In this document: piece after piece, positions 46,766 through 56,600 of the stretch
Position numbering within the stretch: position 1 is the first letter of the stretch
How the letters are laid out: every line of letters starts with the position of its first letter
From: a candidate division WOR-3 bacterium
GTDB lineage: Bacteria; Hydrothermota; Hydrothermia; JBDRYB01
DNA length: 64,000 nucleotides
Reading direction: 5' to 3'
Assembly: GCA_039803205.1 (NCBI GenBank)
Contig: JBDRYB010000003.1
Span: 64,001-128,000 of the forward strand
The notes under the pieces: model-generated
The model's input: the letters and a program-made list of their open reading frames with translations, nothing else
Databases searched by the model: none
What the model was told of the DNA's origin: nothing
Made by a program: the position numbers and the translations under genes

Positions 46766-47856
46766 AAATAGCCATTTGCGTGGCACATCGTCTGCCCTCC
46801 CTCCACTACGCGGAAACGGTCCTACCGAGAGGGTTCGCTCGGATAGGCGCAAGCACATGGGTTTTGACCTCTGACCTCGTCGCGCCATCAGCGAGGGGTT
46901 TTGTGGGCATGAAGAGGTTCAGGGGGCCTGACGAGGGCGAGCTCAATGTCATACGGTTCCCCTCTTTGGGCCTGGGGAACCTTGCTCTCCCTGATCCAAC
47001 AAGGGTAATGAGAGCCTTATCTGGAATAAGGCCTGATGTGGTGCTCTCGATCGCTCCAACAAAGGGGCTTCCTTTTTATCCCTTTGTTTTTGGGGATTGC
47101 AACGCTGGATTGTTCGCTCAGGTGGGCGAACACATGCCAGTCAGGGGCCTGAAGGCCGCAGCTAAGCGATGGATCTACGAAAGGATATTTGAGAAAGCCA
47201 GGGCTGTCTTCGCGAGCAAGGACGAAAGCGAGGGTCTTCTCATGGGGCTTCTGGGAAGGGAGGTTAATCTCATCAGGGTCTTTCTCCCTTTTGACGAGAG
47301 GGTATTTTACTACGACCCAGCCGAGAGAGAAAGGGTGAGAGCTGAGCTCGGCTTGGATGGCCCTCTCGTTATATCTGCCGCGAGGATAACCCCATACAAG
47401 GGATACGAAGCCCTCTTGGAGGCCTCTGCTGAGCTCGGGGTGAGCTTGATCCTCGTGGGACTGAGGGAAGGCGATCCCTATTGCGAGTCAATAAGGAGAA
47501 AGGCTAATTCACATCTGGGCAAGCGCTTTCTTGGGCTCCCCTTTCGGGCACAGGAGGAGATACGCCCTCTTTTCAACGCGGCTGATATCGGTGTCTGGCC
47601 CTGGACATCCGTGTCCATAAAACAGGCTCTCGGAACAGGCTTGCCGGTCGTGATGTGGAGGCCGAGACACCTAATAGAAGAAGGCGTTCAGGGTTACTTC
47701 ATAGCCGAGGCAACCCGTGAGGAGATCGCAGATGGGCTGGCAAAAGCCCTTTCCCGAAATTGGGACAGGAAGGCACTGGCAAACCTGGGCCAACAAAAGT
47801 ATTCCTCTGTGGCTGTTGCGAGGAGGATGAGGGAGATCATGGAATCCCGGCTGTAG
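46762..47856 (+). CDS. Glycosyltransferase family 4
   Basis: ARITPYKG, FNAADIGVWP, GLPVV. Confidence 0.8.
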   Translation: MKIAICVAHRLPSLHYAETVLPRGFARIGASTWVLTSDLVAPSARGFVGMKRFRGPDEGELNVIRFPSLGLGNLALPDPTRVMRALSGIRPDVVLSIAPTKGLPFYPFVFGDCNAGLFAQVGEHMPVRGLKAAAKRWIYERIFEKARAVFASKDESEGLLMGLLGREVNLIRVFLPFDERVFYYDPAERERVRAELGLDGPLVISAARITPYKGYEALLEASAELGVSLILVGLREGDPYCESIRRKANSHLGKRFLGLPFRAQEEIRPLFNAADIGVWPWTSVSIKQALGTGLPVVMWRPRHLIEEGVQGYFIAEATREEIADGLAKALSRNWDRKALANLGQQKYSSVAVARRMREIMESRL

Positions 47857-47962
47857 AGCATCACGCAGTGTTTCAAAATTCAGATCGCCGAACGCGGCTC
47901 GTAGCCCCTTCCGACCGCGACCAGACTTTTCTTCTTTCTGAAGTTCGCCACCCCAGCCCCCC

Positions 47963-48005
47963 TTGACATCCTGTTCATACCTCTTCGGCGATCGCATTTT
48001 TGGAG
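47963..48005. repeat. 43-bp element, exact inverted copy of 62654-62696
   Basis: ttgacatcctgttcatacctcttcggcgatcgcatttttggag. Confidence 0.95.
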
Positions 48006-48009
48006 CTAA

Positions 48010-48200
48010 ACCCAACTTTGACACCTCATTTTCTCATCAGATCGCGCCCCAAGGAGTTGGCGCCATGTTCGCTGAGGCTCACGGGCCTATACCCTGAATA
48101 TCTCAAGGGCTTATCTCTGTATCTCAGTCCTGGCGATGAATGAATTGTTCTCTATTTCAACCCTTATTGAGATGGTGGCTGTGAGCTCCTCCTTAGAAGC
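48010..48200 (-). mobile_element. IS1634-like transposase C-terminal remnant and terminal sequence
   Basis: Minus strand EELTATISIRVEIENNSFIARTEIQR*ALEIFRV ending ...ggtgtcaaagttggg; homologous to 41053-41136. Confidence 0.55.
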
Positions 48201-48442
48201 AGAGCCCTGATTTTATGCGGAACTCAGAGGATAAGCCACCCAAAGATCAGGGTTTTAGTGTCAGAGTTGAGTTAGGCTCTTTGTTCGGATCGTCCAAGAG
48301 CCTCTGGATTATGGGCCACTTATCTGGCTCTATCTCTGCCAGGGCCGCTGTCATGGATTTGAAAGCGAGCTTGGCCCCTCCATCCCCATCAAAGAAGCGG
48401 ACTTTATAATTTTGTCCCTGAGGCTGAGGCCTGTTTCCGGCC

Positions 48443-49054
48443 TCACCACCTCACCCCAACATATCCCTCAATTATCACGAACCAGTCCGGACAGGGCCAG
48501 ACGCTTGGTCTGAAACCCATGTAGCTGAGCCTCGGCGAGAGGCCCAGGATTAGGTTCACATTGGCCTCTTCCTCAGGAGAAAGCTTGTATTTCCACCACC
48601 ACTCTGTCCTGGCAAAGCCCACGATTCCAGGGGAAACCTGGTCTATTATCCTAATATCAGTAGCTCCATAGGAAGTCCTCTCCCACCTGCAGAAGTTTCC
48701 GGTAAAAGCTCCGCCCCAGCAAAGATGAAAATGCGGGCCTACGCTGATGGGCTTTGAGAATCCTATCTCGTAGGAGGTTATGACCTCGTTAAGCCTGGCG
48801 CCTATCTTCATGTTGTTGAAATACACCGTCTTCTGGTATGTTGGATGGTCCATGATGCCTATCCTAACATACGGCTCTGCCCTGAACCACGCGCCCTTGA
48901 CATATGTTGCCTGCGCGAAGAAGTTGGTCCAGATGTGATAGCCCCAGTCCACATAGCCATATGGGGTTTGAGATGTTGCCCTCTCGTTGGGCGCGGCCTG
49001 CCCGAGGCCAAGGCTCAGATCAGCGCTCAGGCTCAACAGCGATATCATCACCAC
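48443..49054 (-). CDS. Putative outer-membrane beta-barrel protein
   Basis: Short hydrophobic start, aromatic-rich alternating strands, C-terminal GVRW. Confidence 0.55.
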   Translation of the reverse strand: MVMISLLSLSADLSLGLGQAAPNERATSQTPYGYVDWGYHIWTNFFAQATYVKGAWFRAEPYVRIGIMDHPTYQKTVYFNNMKIGARLNEVITSYEIGFSKPISVGPHFHLCWGGAFTGNFCRWERTSYGATDIRIIDQVSPGIVGFARTEWWWKYKLSPEEEANVNLILGLSPRLSYMGFRPSVWPCPDWFVIIEGYVGVRW

Positions 49055-49121
49055 GGGCAAATTATAAGGGGTGGATGAGCGCGGTTGCAAAAGACCTTAC
49101 GCCTGGTTTATCTTTTAGCCG

Positions 49122-50030
49122 ATGACGATTCTCTTTGTTTTACTCTGCTTCCCTTTTGACGCCGGAAGGTTCTGGGTGTGCTCTCAGGCAAACGAAAAGG
49201 ATATTTTCCTTTCCTCCAACCCCGCTAGCCTGGCTTCAGCAGGCAAAGGGATCCTCCGCGCGGGAGCAGGTTGGCAGGGCGGGTTTGTCCCCGGGCCCCT
49301 TGGGGGAGGTTTCAGCCTCAGGAATGCGGCCACCATTTGGATTGAAGTGGGGGCTTCTTTCGCTTATCTCAGGGACACAGCGCACATCGTGAGGGATGAT
49401 ACTTCTGATGTGGATACCATAACACAGAAAACCAACGCGAGATTCTATGCCCTGCGAGTGGCGGTTGCTCAGAAGAAAGGCGTGATAAGCTATGGATTTG
49501 AGGCTCTCGGCGCGCTCGGTAGGCTCTCGGACGATTTCTCGTCCGCGACCGGAACCATATTCCCAGATGGCATAACCGTATCCTCCTACCCGTTTGCATA
49601 TGGGGGCGGAGCCGGGGTTTGTTTGGAGATGAGCCTCGTCTCGTTTGGGGCCCACGGAAGATATTGGGGTGATTTTCTCGCTGGGAAAAGGGATTTTCGG
49701 GGAGATAGCACCAACAACCTCGTTCTCAGGGAAACCCTGATCCCGGACAGCCTTATTGGCGGGTTTCCCCCTGAGCTCGGCCTCGAGATATTATCACAGC
49801 CCCTTGGATTATCCGGAGAATTCCTCTACAGGGGCGAGCTCGGGGGATTGGCCTCGTATGGGAGGAGCTTCGGGCCCGTGTTCCTCAGGGCGGCTGGTGG
49901 CTACATGGGCAAGCCAATTTTCATGGGGAACGCGCTTTTCGACCTTGGAAAACTTGGCCTCAGTCTCCAGGGAGGATACTGGGGGGGGCTGAGGGCAGGA
50001 GGCCTGGTGACTTACAATCTAGGAGACTAA
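49122..50030 (+). CDS. Putative outer-membrane barrel (PorV/FadL-like)
   Basis: NPASLA near N-terminus; Gly/aromatic-rich strands. Confidence 0.5.
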   Translation: MTILFVLLCFPFDAGRFWVCSQANEKDIFLSSNPASLASAGKGILRAGAGWQGGFVPGPLGGGFSLRNAATIWIEVGASFAYLRDTAHIVRDDTSDVDTITQKTNARFYALRVAVAQKKGVISYGFEALGALGRLSDDFSSATGTIFPDGITVSSYPFAYGGGAGVCLEMSLVSFGAHGRYWGDFLAGKRDFRGDSTNNLVLRETLIPDSLIGGFPPELGLEILSQPLGLSGEFLYRGELGGLASYGRSFGPVFLRAAGGYMGKPIFMGNALFDLGKLGLSLQGGYWGGLRAGGLVTYNLGD

Positions 50031-50031
50031 T

Positions 50032-50916
50032 ATGCTCAGAACCAACGAGAAGGACCTTGTTATGCTCTCCGTGATGGGCCAGGTTTCCCATCCTGTGAAG
50101 GGAGCCAGGCCCTATTTGGTTTCGCACGACGGTAAGGTAAGGGTCTTGCCCGGAGTAGGAGGCATCACATACAACAAGCGCGTTGGCGATCCCTGCGTTG
50201 GTTTGGCCGGGGACCATGTTGAGCCTGGGGTCTCAACCAGGAACCCTGACAAGTTTGATGGGGAGCCAACCGCGTATAACGCCGCATACAATGCCCTCGC
50301 TTGCGTGGGCAACGAGGCTATAGTCGTTTCGGGGGACGCTAAGGGCGAGCGCGGGGTTGTCACAGGAAAGCACGGCGGAATAGAGCATGTGCTCATTGAT
50401 TTCCAGCCGGAAACCCTTGATAAGCTCGTCATCGGGGACAAGATCCTGGTCAAGGCATATGGTCAGGGCCTTGAACTCTTGGATTATCCAGAGATAGCTG
50501 TCCGGAACCTTGACCCCAGGCTCCTGAGGAAAATGCCGATAAAGGAAAAAGGGGATGGACTCGCTGTTGGCGTGGCGAAGATCGTTCCTGGCGAGATAAT
50601 GGGTTCTGGCCTCGGCAGGGACCATGTTTGGACGGGTGATTATGACATTCAGCTCTTTGACGAGGAAACCGTGAAGGAGTTCGGCCTATCGGATCTCAGG
50701 TTCGGTGATATTGTTGCTATAGTGGATGCAGAACACACATATGGCAGGATATACAAGCAGGGCGCGGTCTCAATCGGTATAGTAGTTCACTCGGCTTGCC
50801 TCGTATCCGGCCACGGGCCAGGAGTCACTACCCTTCTGACCACGGGGGTCCCAGGCAAGCTAGAGCCATGCATAGATGAGAATGCCAATATCGCGTTTTT
50901 GCTCGGTCTGAGGTGA
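50032..50916 (+). CDS. DUF4438 family protein
   Basis: LPGVGGITYN, GDHVEPGVS, GKHGGIEHV, IMGSGLG, GHGPGVT. Confidence 0.85.
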   Translation: MLRTNEKDLVMLSVMGQVSHPVKGARPYLVSHDGKVRVLPGVGGITYNKRVGDPCVGLAGDHVEPGVSTRNPDKFDGEPTAYNAAYNALACVGNEAIVVSGDAKGERGVVTGKHGGIEHVLIDFQPETLDKLVIGDKILVKAYGQGLELLDYPEIAVRNLDPRLLRKMPIKEKGDGLAVGVAKIVPGEIMGSGLGRDHVWTGDYDIQLFDEETVKEFGLSDLRFGDIVAIVDAEHTYGRIYKQGAVSIGIVVHSACLVSGHGPGVTTLLTTGVPGKLEPCIDENANIAFLLGLR

Positions 50917-52244
50917 AAAGGGCTCTTTTGGTTTTCGGGATCGCTCTTGGGGCCAGGTTGGTGCCCTATGGCTTTGCAGTAGCACACCCTGAGCGCGTCT
51001 TCCTGGACAATTTTGACACCAAACAATACTATGCCCTCGCCTCAAACATGATCGCTCACTCCTCGTTTTCAACATATCCGGCCCTATCCTTTCTGAGGCC
51101 AGCAAGGGGGCCTTGGGAGCCCGACGGCTTCAGGGTTCCCGTCTATCCACTTGCTCTCGTTCCCGCAAGGGCACTTCTCGGAGACAGGCCTATTCTGGTC
51201 CTTCTTTGGCAGGTCTTGCTTGTCTCCTTGGTTCCGGTCATCCTTTATTTTCTGGGCCTCAAAATTTGGGGTCAACGAGCCGGGTTTGCCGCAGGCCTCA
51301 TCATGGCTTTGGATCCGGCTTCCGTCACCCTTTGCGGATACTTCTTCGCTGACGCCTTTTTCGGCTTGATGATCTCAATGAGCCTTCTCGGGTTCTGGTA
51401 TTACTTGAATCAGAGAAAAACGGTATTTGGTGCTATTTTTGGGCTCCTTGGCGGTCTCACCACCCTGACCAAACCCATGGTGGCCCTCATGTTTCCCGTC
51501 TTGTTTCTCATGAAGCCTAAAATGTGGAAAAAGATGGCCGTGGCCTTTGCTACCTACGGGGTTCTTGTGGGCGGATGGATCATCCGCAACCAGCTGACCT
51601 TTGGCGTTCCAACCATATCCGGTGTCTCAAGCTACAACTTGTATTTCCACAACTACGCGGCTATGGTAGCTCACAAAAAGGGCATCCATTACCTCGCGGA
51701 GAGCGATTCAAGCGTTGAGAGGTTTATGTCCCAACATCCAAACCCGGATAACCCCATAGCTACCGTTGACAGCCTCGGAAAGTGGGCCGCGAGAGAGATC
51801 TCGAAAGATCCGTTCACATACCTCATAGCCCATTTCAAGGAGATGCATAGGCTGTTTATACCGGAAATAACATACGGAGCGATATACTATGGAAAAGTGG
51901 AAAGCCCTAGGGTGTTTTCGCGCATCCAGACGGGAGAAATGAATCTCCCCGAACTCTCAGGTAAGCTAATGAGCCTCATCCCACAATACTGGAAGGCAAT
52001 GATCTATCAGGGAATTTTTGGGCTCTATATGCTAATACTAATCATTTTGTCATTCTCAGCCACAAGGAGGAACTGGCGTAAGAGCAAATGGTTCACCCTG
52101 GGGCTGGTCCTGTTTTCAATTTATACCATCATAATCCCAGGCCCCACAATTACCATAAGGTTCATGACAGGATTAACTCCTCTTCTCGCCGCTCTCGCTG
52201 GAGGAGCTTTCGTAAAAGATGGAGAAAATTTTGGTAAGGGGTAG
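50913..52244 (+). CDS. GT-C membrane glycosyltransferase (ArnT/PMT-like)
   Basis: DTKQYY, RVPVYP, FFAD, LTKP, WIIRN. Confidence 0.78.
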   Translation: MKRALLVFGIALGARLVPYGFAVAHPERVFLDNFDTKQYYALASNMIAHSSFSTYPALSFLRPARGPWEPDGFRVPVYPLALVPARALLGDRPILVLLWQVLLVSLVPVILYFLGLKIWGQRAGFAAGLIMALDPASVTLCGYFFADAFFGLMISMSLLGFWYYLNQRKTVFGAIFGLLGGLTTLTKPMVALMFPVLFLMKPKMWKKMAVAFATYGVLVGGWIIRNQLTFGVPTISGVSSYNLYFHNYAAMVAHKKGIHYLAESDSSVERFMSQHPNPDNPIATVDSLGKWAAREISKDPFTYLIAHFKEMHRLFIPEITYGAIYYGKVESPRVFSRIQTGEMNLPELSGKLMSLIPQYWKAMIYQGIFGLYMLILIILSFSATRRNWRKSKWFTLGLVLFSIYTIIIPGPTITIRFMTGLTPLLAALAGGAFVKDGENFGKG

Positions 52245-52247
52245 AAC

Positions 52248-53756
52248 CTATTCCTCTGGCTCTTCCTTAGCTATCTCCCTCTTTGGCACATAGCTCTCGG
52301 TCGCTGACCTGAGCTCCTCCCAGATCCCTGGCTTATCCTTGTTCTTTATGTAGTAATCCATGGCATAAGCGGCCTTGCGAGCGTCCCCCATAGCGAGGAT
52401 CACTGTAGCGGCGCCGCGGATGCAATCTCCGCCAGCGAAGACCCCTGGTTTAGTTGTGGCGCCCGTCTCAAAGTTGGCGTCTATGGTATTCCACTTCGTT
52501 ATGGCTATGTCCGGTTGGGACTGATGGATGAGGGGGGTTGGGATCTGTCCTATTGCGACCACCACGATGTCAACATCCATCTCATACTCTGAGCCCTTTA
52601 TTGGAACAGGCCTGCGCCTTCCGGATTCATCCGGCTCACCGAGCTCCTGTTTCTGTAGGACTATCTTCTTGACCCATCCTCGCTCGTCCCCCTTGTATTC
52701 AATGGGCAAGGTTAGGAGGTGGAACTTGACGCCTTCTTCCTCCGCGTGGTGGATCTCCTCTATCCTCGCTGGCATCTCCTCGGCTGATCGCCTGTAGATT
52801 ATCAGGGATTCCTCCGCCCCCAAGCGAAGGGCACAGCGAGCCGAGTCCATGGACACATTCCCAGCGCCTATTGTCGCGACGCGCTTGCCCTTGAGAACGG
52901 GGGTATCATACTCCGGGAACTTATAGGCCTTCATGAGATTGACCCTCGTCAGAAACTCGTTAGCGGAGTATATTCCAACGAGGTTCTCGCCAGGGATGTC
53001 CATGAATCTGGGCAACCCAGCGCCTGTTCCCAGGAAAACAGCGTCGTATCCGAACTCGGTCAAAAGCTCGTCAACCGTAGCTGTTCTACCAACGATGAAG
53101 TCCGTCACAATCTCAACCCCGAGCTTCTTCAGGTCATTGATCTCGCGCCTGGTCACCTCTGGGGGGAGACGGAAGTCAGGTATGCCGTATGTCAGAACCC
53201 CGCCTGGCTCGTGAAGGGCCTCATAGATGACCGCTTTGTATCCCCACCGGGCCATCATCCCAGCGAGGGTGAGGCCAGCAGGCCCTGAGCCCACGATAGC
53301 GACCTTGTATCCGTTGGGCTCAGGAATGGTTGGCTCCGGCTCAAGTCCGTGCTCAGCGACATAGTCAGCCACGAAACGCTCAAGCCTTCCTATGGCAACC
53401 GGCTCCCAACGCTTGGAGAGAACGCATTTTATCTCGCACTGGTCCTCCTGGGGGCAGACACGGCCGCATATCGCTGGGAGGGAGTTCGTTTCCTTTATCT
53501 TGAGCAAGGCACCGAGGAAGTCTTTCTGAACAATGAGGTCTATGAACCCCGGAATGTCTATCTCAACAGGACACCCCTCTATGCAGAAAGGCCTGGGGCA
53601 CATGAGACAGCGCTGGGCCTCCTGAACAGCCTCCTCAGGGCTGTAGCCATAAGGAACCTCCAGAAAGTGCCTTATCCTCTCAAGGGGATCGCGCTCCCGC
53701 ATGGGGGTCTTTTTAGGGGTTGGCTTTCCCCTTCTCCTCTTCTTCTCCTCAGGCAT
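52248..53756 (-). CDS. nfnB: NfnB/SudA, glutamate synthase small-subunit-like flavoprotein
   Basis: RCLMC...CIEGCPV, CGRVCPQEDQCE, GSGPAG, YSANEFLTRVNLMKAY, GAATVILAMG. Confidence 0.92.
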   Translation of the reverse strand: MPEEKKRRRGKPTPKKTPMRERDPLERIRHFLEVPYGYSPEEAVQEAQRCLMCPRPFCIEGCPVEIDIPGFIDLIVQKDFLGALLKIKETNSLPAICGRVCPQEDQCEIKCVLSKRWEPVAIGRLERFVADYVAEHGLEPEPTIPEPNGYKVAIVGSGPAGLTLAGMMARWGYKAVIYEALHEPGGVLTYGIPDFRLPPEVTRREINDLKKLGVEIVTDFIVGRTATVDELLTEFGYDAVFLGTGAGLPRFMDIPGENLVGIYSANEFLTRVNLMKAYKFPEYDTPVLKGKRVATIGAGNVSMDSARCALRLGAEESLIIYRRSAEEMPARIEEIHHAEEEGVKFHLLTLPIEYKGDERGWVKKIVLQKQELGEPDESGRRRPVPIKGSEYEMDVDIVVVAIGQIPTPLIHQSQPDIAITKWNTIDANFETGATTKPGVFAGGDCIRGAATVILAMGDARKAAYAMDYYIKNKDKPGIWEELRSATESYVPKREIAKEEPEE

Positions 53757-54594
53757 TCTTAGCCTCCTTGGTCTTTAGGAACAGCTCCAGGGACTCCTTT
53801 TCCATGGCCTTATAAGCGTCAAGGCGCTTCATGAGAAGGTCAAAATCAACCTTGTGCCCGTCCATCTCAGGCCCATCAACGCACGCGAACTTTGTCTTTC
53901 CATCAACCTCAACCCTGCAGGCTCCGCACATCCCTGTGCCGTCAACCATTATGGAGTTCAGAGAGACTATTGTCGGTATGCCGTAGGGCCTTGTTAGCTC
54001 GGATACGACCTTCATCATTATAGCAGGGCCAACCGCTATTACCCTGTCTATCTTCTCGCCGGATTCAAGGATGTCTCTGAGCTCATCCGAGACAAAGCCC
54101 TTGCGCCCTCGGGAACCATCATCCGTTGTTATCCTGAGCTCGTCAACTATGGGCCTGAACCAGTCCTCCAGAACGAGGAGCTCTGCTGTTCTCGCGCCCT
54201 CTATCATGATTATCCTGTTCCCTACTTCCTTTAGGGCCTTCACAATTGGGTAGAGAAGCGGAACACCTATTCCGCCTCCTACAGCGACCACTGTTCCGAA
54301 AAGCTCTATCTCCGACGCCCTTCCAAGGGGTCCAACTACATCAAGAATCTCGTCCCCTGCCTCAAGGGTCCCGAGGTGATATGTTGTCTTGCCGACCTCC
54401 TGGAAAGCGATGGTTAAGGTCCCTTTCTCCTTGTCCGCCTTGCCTATGGTGATGGGGATCCGCTCGCCCTGCTCGTGGATCCTTAGGACGATAAACTGAC
54501 CCGGCTTCGCGGCCCGGGCCACATACGGAGCCTCTATCTCCATGAGCTTTATTTGCGGAGCGAGGATTTCCTTTCGGAGTATCTTGAACGGCAT
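53749..54594 (-). CDS. nfnA: NfnA/SudB, ferredoxin-NADP reductase subunit
   Basis: PGQF, GERIPITI, GPLG, MVDGTGMCGACRV, CVDGPE. Confidence 0.92.
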   Translation of the reverse strand: MPFKILRKEILAPQIKLMEIEAPYVARAAKPGQFIVLRIHEQGERIPITIGKADKEKGTLTIAFQEVGKTTYHLGTLEAGDEILDVVGPLGRASEIELFGTVVAVGGGIGVPLLYPIVKALKEVGNRIIMIEGARTAELLVLEDWFRPIVDELRITTDDGSRGRKGFVSDELRDILESGEKIDRVIAVGPAIMMKVVSELTRPYGIPTIVSLNSIMVDGTGMCGACRVEVDGKTKFACVDGPEMDGHKVDFDLLMKRLDAYKAMEKESLELFLKTKEAKNA

Positions 54595-54679
54595 GTTTTA
54601 CTCCTTTCTGTAAGGGAGAATATTATAGTGGACAGGCTCGCGTGGGGACAACCGAGAGCGGGTCCTATGAAAGGGTTGC

Positions 54680-55366
54680 TCAAAACATGATCCTCATGGT
54701 TAGACCCCCGTATGGTTTTAAGGTTCTGGTTTTAGCCAAGGGCCTATCCAAAGCCAGCAGAGTCCCCTCAGCGGACACCCCAACGAACCCATAGTTCAGG
54801 ACCAGATTTATGAAGCCACCGTAGTCAAGGACATTCCCGGAGTAGGCCTTGTTCCATTGAGCGATGTCCACCCGAGAGAAAACGACCTTCGGGCCCACCC
54901 CAAAGCTCGCGAATGGGTTCCCCAGGGAAACCATTCCGCCTCCCACGAGATATGTGGTTTCCCCTTTCTCATGACCCCCCCAGGAATCCGATTCCTCGTG
55001 AGAATTGTAGCCAGCTTTGAGGATGAGGGCAGCAGCCGCGTTGTCGCCGGAAAACAGGACCCCCTTACTCCTCAAACCAAGTCCTACCAGCCCCACTCCC
55101 TCAGCCCCAAAGCTCAGGAACGGGACAGGGGAAAAGTCAGCCCCAATGAGAGTGATGGGCACCGTGTAGGAGGGATTCGTGGGGTATCCGGAGGGGGTAT
55201 CCTGTGGAATATCCTCAACGATCTCATCGTAGCCTCTCGTGAATTCCAGCCCTGAGCGGAAAGCCAGAGTCTTCCGAGAAGGAAATGCGCTCTCGTAGAA
55301 GCCCAAGGGTGCCACAGCGCACCCAGAGAACACCGCAGCTCCAACAAGAAAAATTAGCCTACTCAT
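54680..55366 (-). CDS. Lipoprotein, possible beta-barrel
   Basis: Lipobox FSGC; alternating strands; C-terminal F. Confidence 0.55.
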   Translation of the reverse strand: MSRLIFLVGAAVFSGCAVAPLGFYESAFPSRKTLAFRSGLEFTRGYDEIVEDIPQDTPSGYPTNPSYTVPITLIGADFSPVPFLSFGAEGVGLVGLGLRSKGVLFSGDNAAAALILKAGYNSHEESDSWGGHEKGETTYLVGGGMVSLGNPFASFGVGPKVVFSRVDIAQWNKAYSGNVLDYGGFINLVLNYGFVGVSAEGTLLALDRPLAKTRTLKPYGGLTMRIMF

Positions 55367-55484
55367 AAGGTATGAAATTTTAGAGCTTACGCGGGAATGG
55401 GATCAACCAGTGGGCATCTATGCGAGTGTTTGCGATTCATTTATGAAGTAAGTTATAATATGCTCCCTATATGGGAGGTGTGTT

Positions 55485-56600
55485 ATGTATATCTTACTGA
55501 GTCTGTTGGGAGTAAGTGGAGCCTGGGGGCCGGATTGCCCTGAGTGCGGGGACGAGATATCCGGCGGGCCCAGGCATGGTGGAACCGGCATCAGCTTCTA
55601 CTACGCTGATACGCTCCGCGGGAACTATGTCACTGGCGATACCGGCCTTTATTATGTCACCTCAGGCACCATAACGATAAGCGGGATACCATCGGGGGCA
55701 ACCGTGACGAAAGCCTTTCTGATATGGACATGCCTTATGTCCGCGAGTAATCCATCTATAACCTTCAACGGGAACCCCATAACTGGAACCCTCATTGGGA
55801 CTGCCCCAACGCCGTGCAGAGCCGGGGATGGGCCCGCTTGGTGCTACATCGCAGATGTGACCAACCGTGTTACTGGCAACGGGGTCTACACGGTTTCAGG
55901 TTTCCCGACCAGAACTGAGGGCGCCTCTCTCATCGTCATATATGAACGGGCCGCTGATCCCCTGCGCAACATAGTTTTTTACACCGGAGCCTACACCATA
56001 GAGGGCGGCCTATACTACAGATACGACTGGACAATGACAAACTTCAGGGCCGATAACCCAGTTGGTTACGCCAAGATAACCTTCTTCTTTTACGACGGCC
56101 AGGACATACCGAACGGCTCTGACTGCGGATGGGAATATCTGTATTACGAGGCATACGCTGATTCCAACAAGCAGTTGATAGCCGGGTGGGATGGCGCTTA
56201 TTGGGATGACACAACCTTCAATATGACAGCCTGGACCCCTCCGGGAGCAACATCCATACAGGTTGGCTACGCTACGGATTGCGATAACCACAGTCAAGGG
56301 GGTTGCACGGATTGTATAGGAACCATGGGCGCGATATTGGCCGTTAATACCCCTGATCCTACTGGAGCGGAGGAGACTGCGGATGCTGGGCTGATCCGTT
56401 TCGGCCCGGGCTATGTTGAGCTTCTCTCTGGAACGAGCGGAACCATGAGCGCGTATTCTCCCGATGGAAGGCTTGTTTTGGTTCTGGGTTCTGGGGAGCT
56501 ATCTCCTGGCAGATACGACCTCTCGCGCCTTGGCCCCGGGGTCTACATCCTGAGACTCACGGGGGAACGACCAGCAATGGAAAAGGTTCTCGTGCGTTAG
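55485..56600 (+). CDS. Secreted protein with DUF3344-like domain and T9SS-type CTD
   Basis: IPSGATVTKAFLIW, ADVT, GASLIVIY; CTD AYSPDGRLV...PGVYILR...KVLVR. Confidence 0.7.
   Translation: MYILLSLLGVSGAWGPDCPECGDEISGGPRHGGTGISFYYADTLRGNYVTGDTGLYYVTSGTITISGIPSGATVTKAFLIWTCLMSASNPSITFNGNPITGTLIGTAPTPCRAGDGPAWCYIADVTNRVTGNGVYTVSGFPTRTEGASLIVIYERAADPLRNIVFYTGAYTIEGGLYYRYDWTMTNFRADNPVGYAKITFFFYDGQDIPNGSDCGWEYLYYEAYADSNKQLIAGWDGAYWDDTTFNMTAWTPPGATSIQVGYATDCDNHSQGGCTDCIGTMGAILAVNTPDPTGAEETADAGLIRFGPGYVELLSGTSGTMSAYSPDGRLVLVLGSGELSPGRYDLSRLGPGVYILRLTGERPAMEKVLVR

Noticed and set aside
52248..53756. Glutamate synthase GltD
   Set aside because: No gltB nearby; paired with an NfnA/SudB gene.
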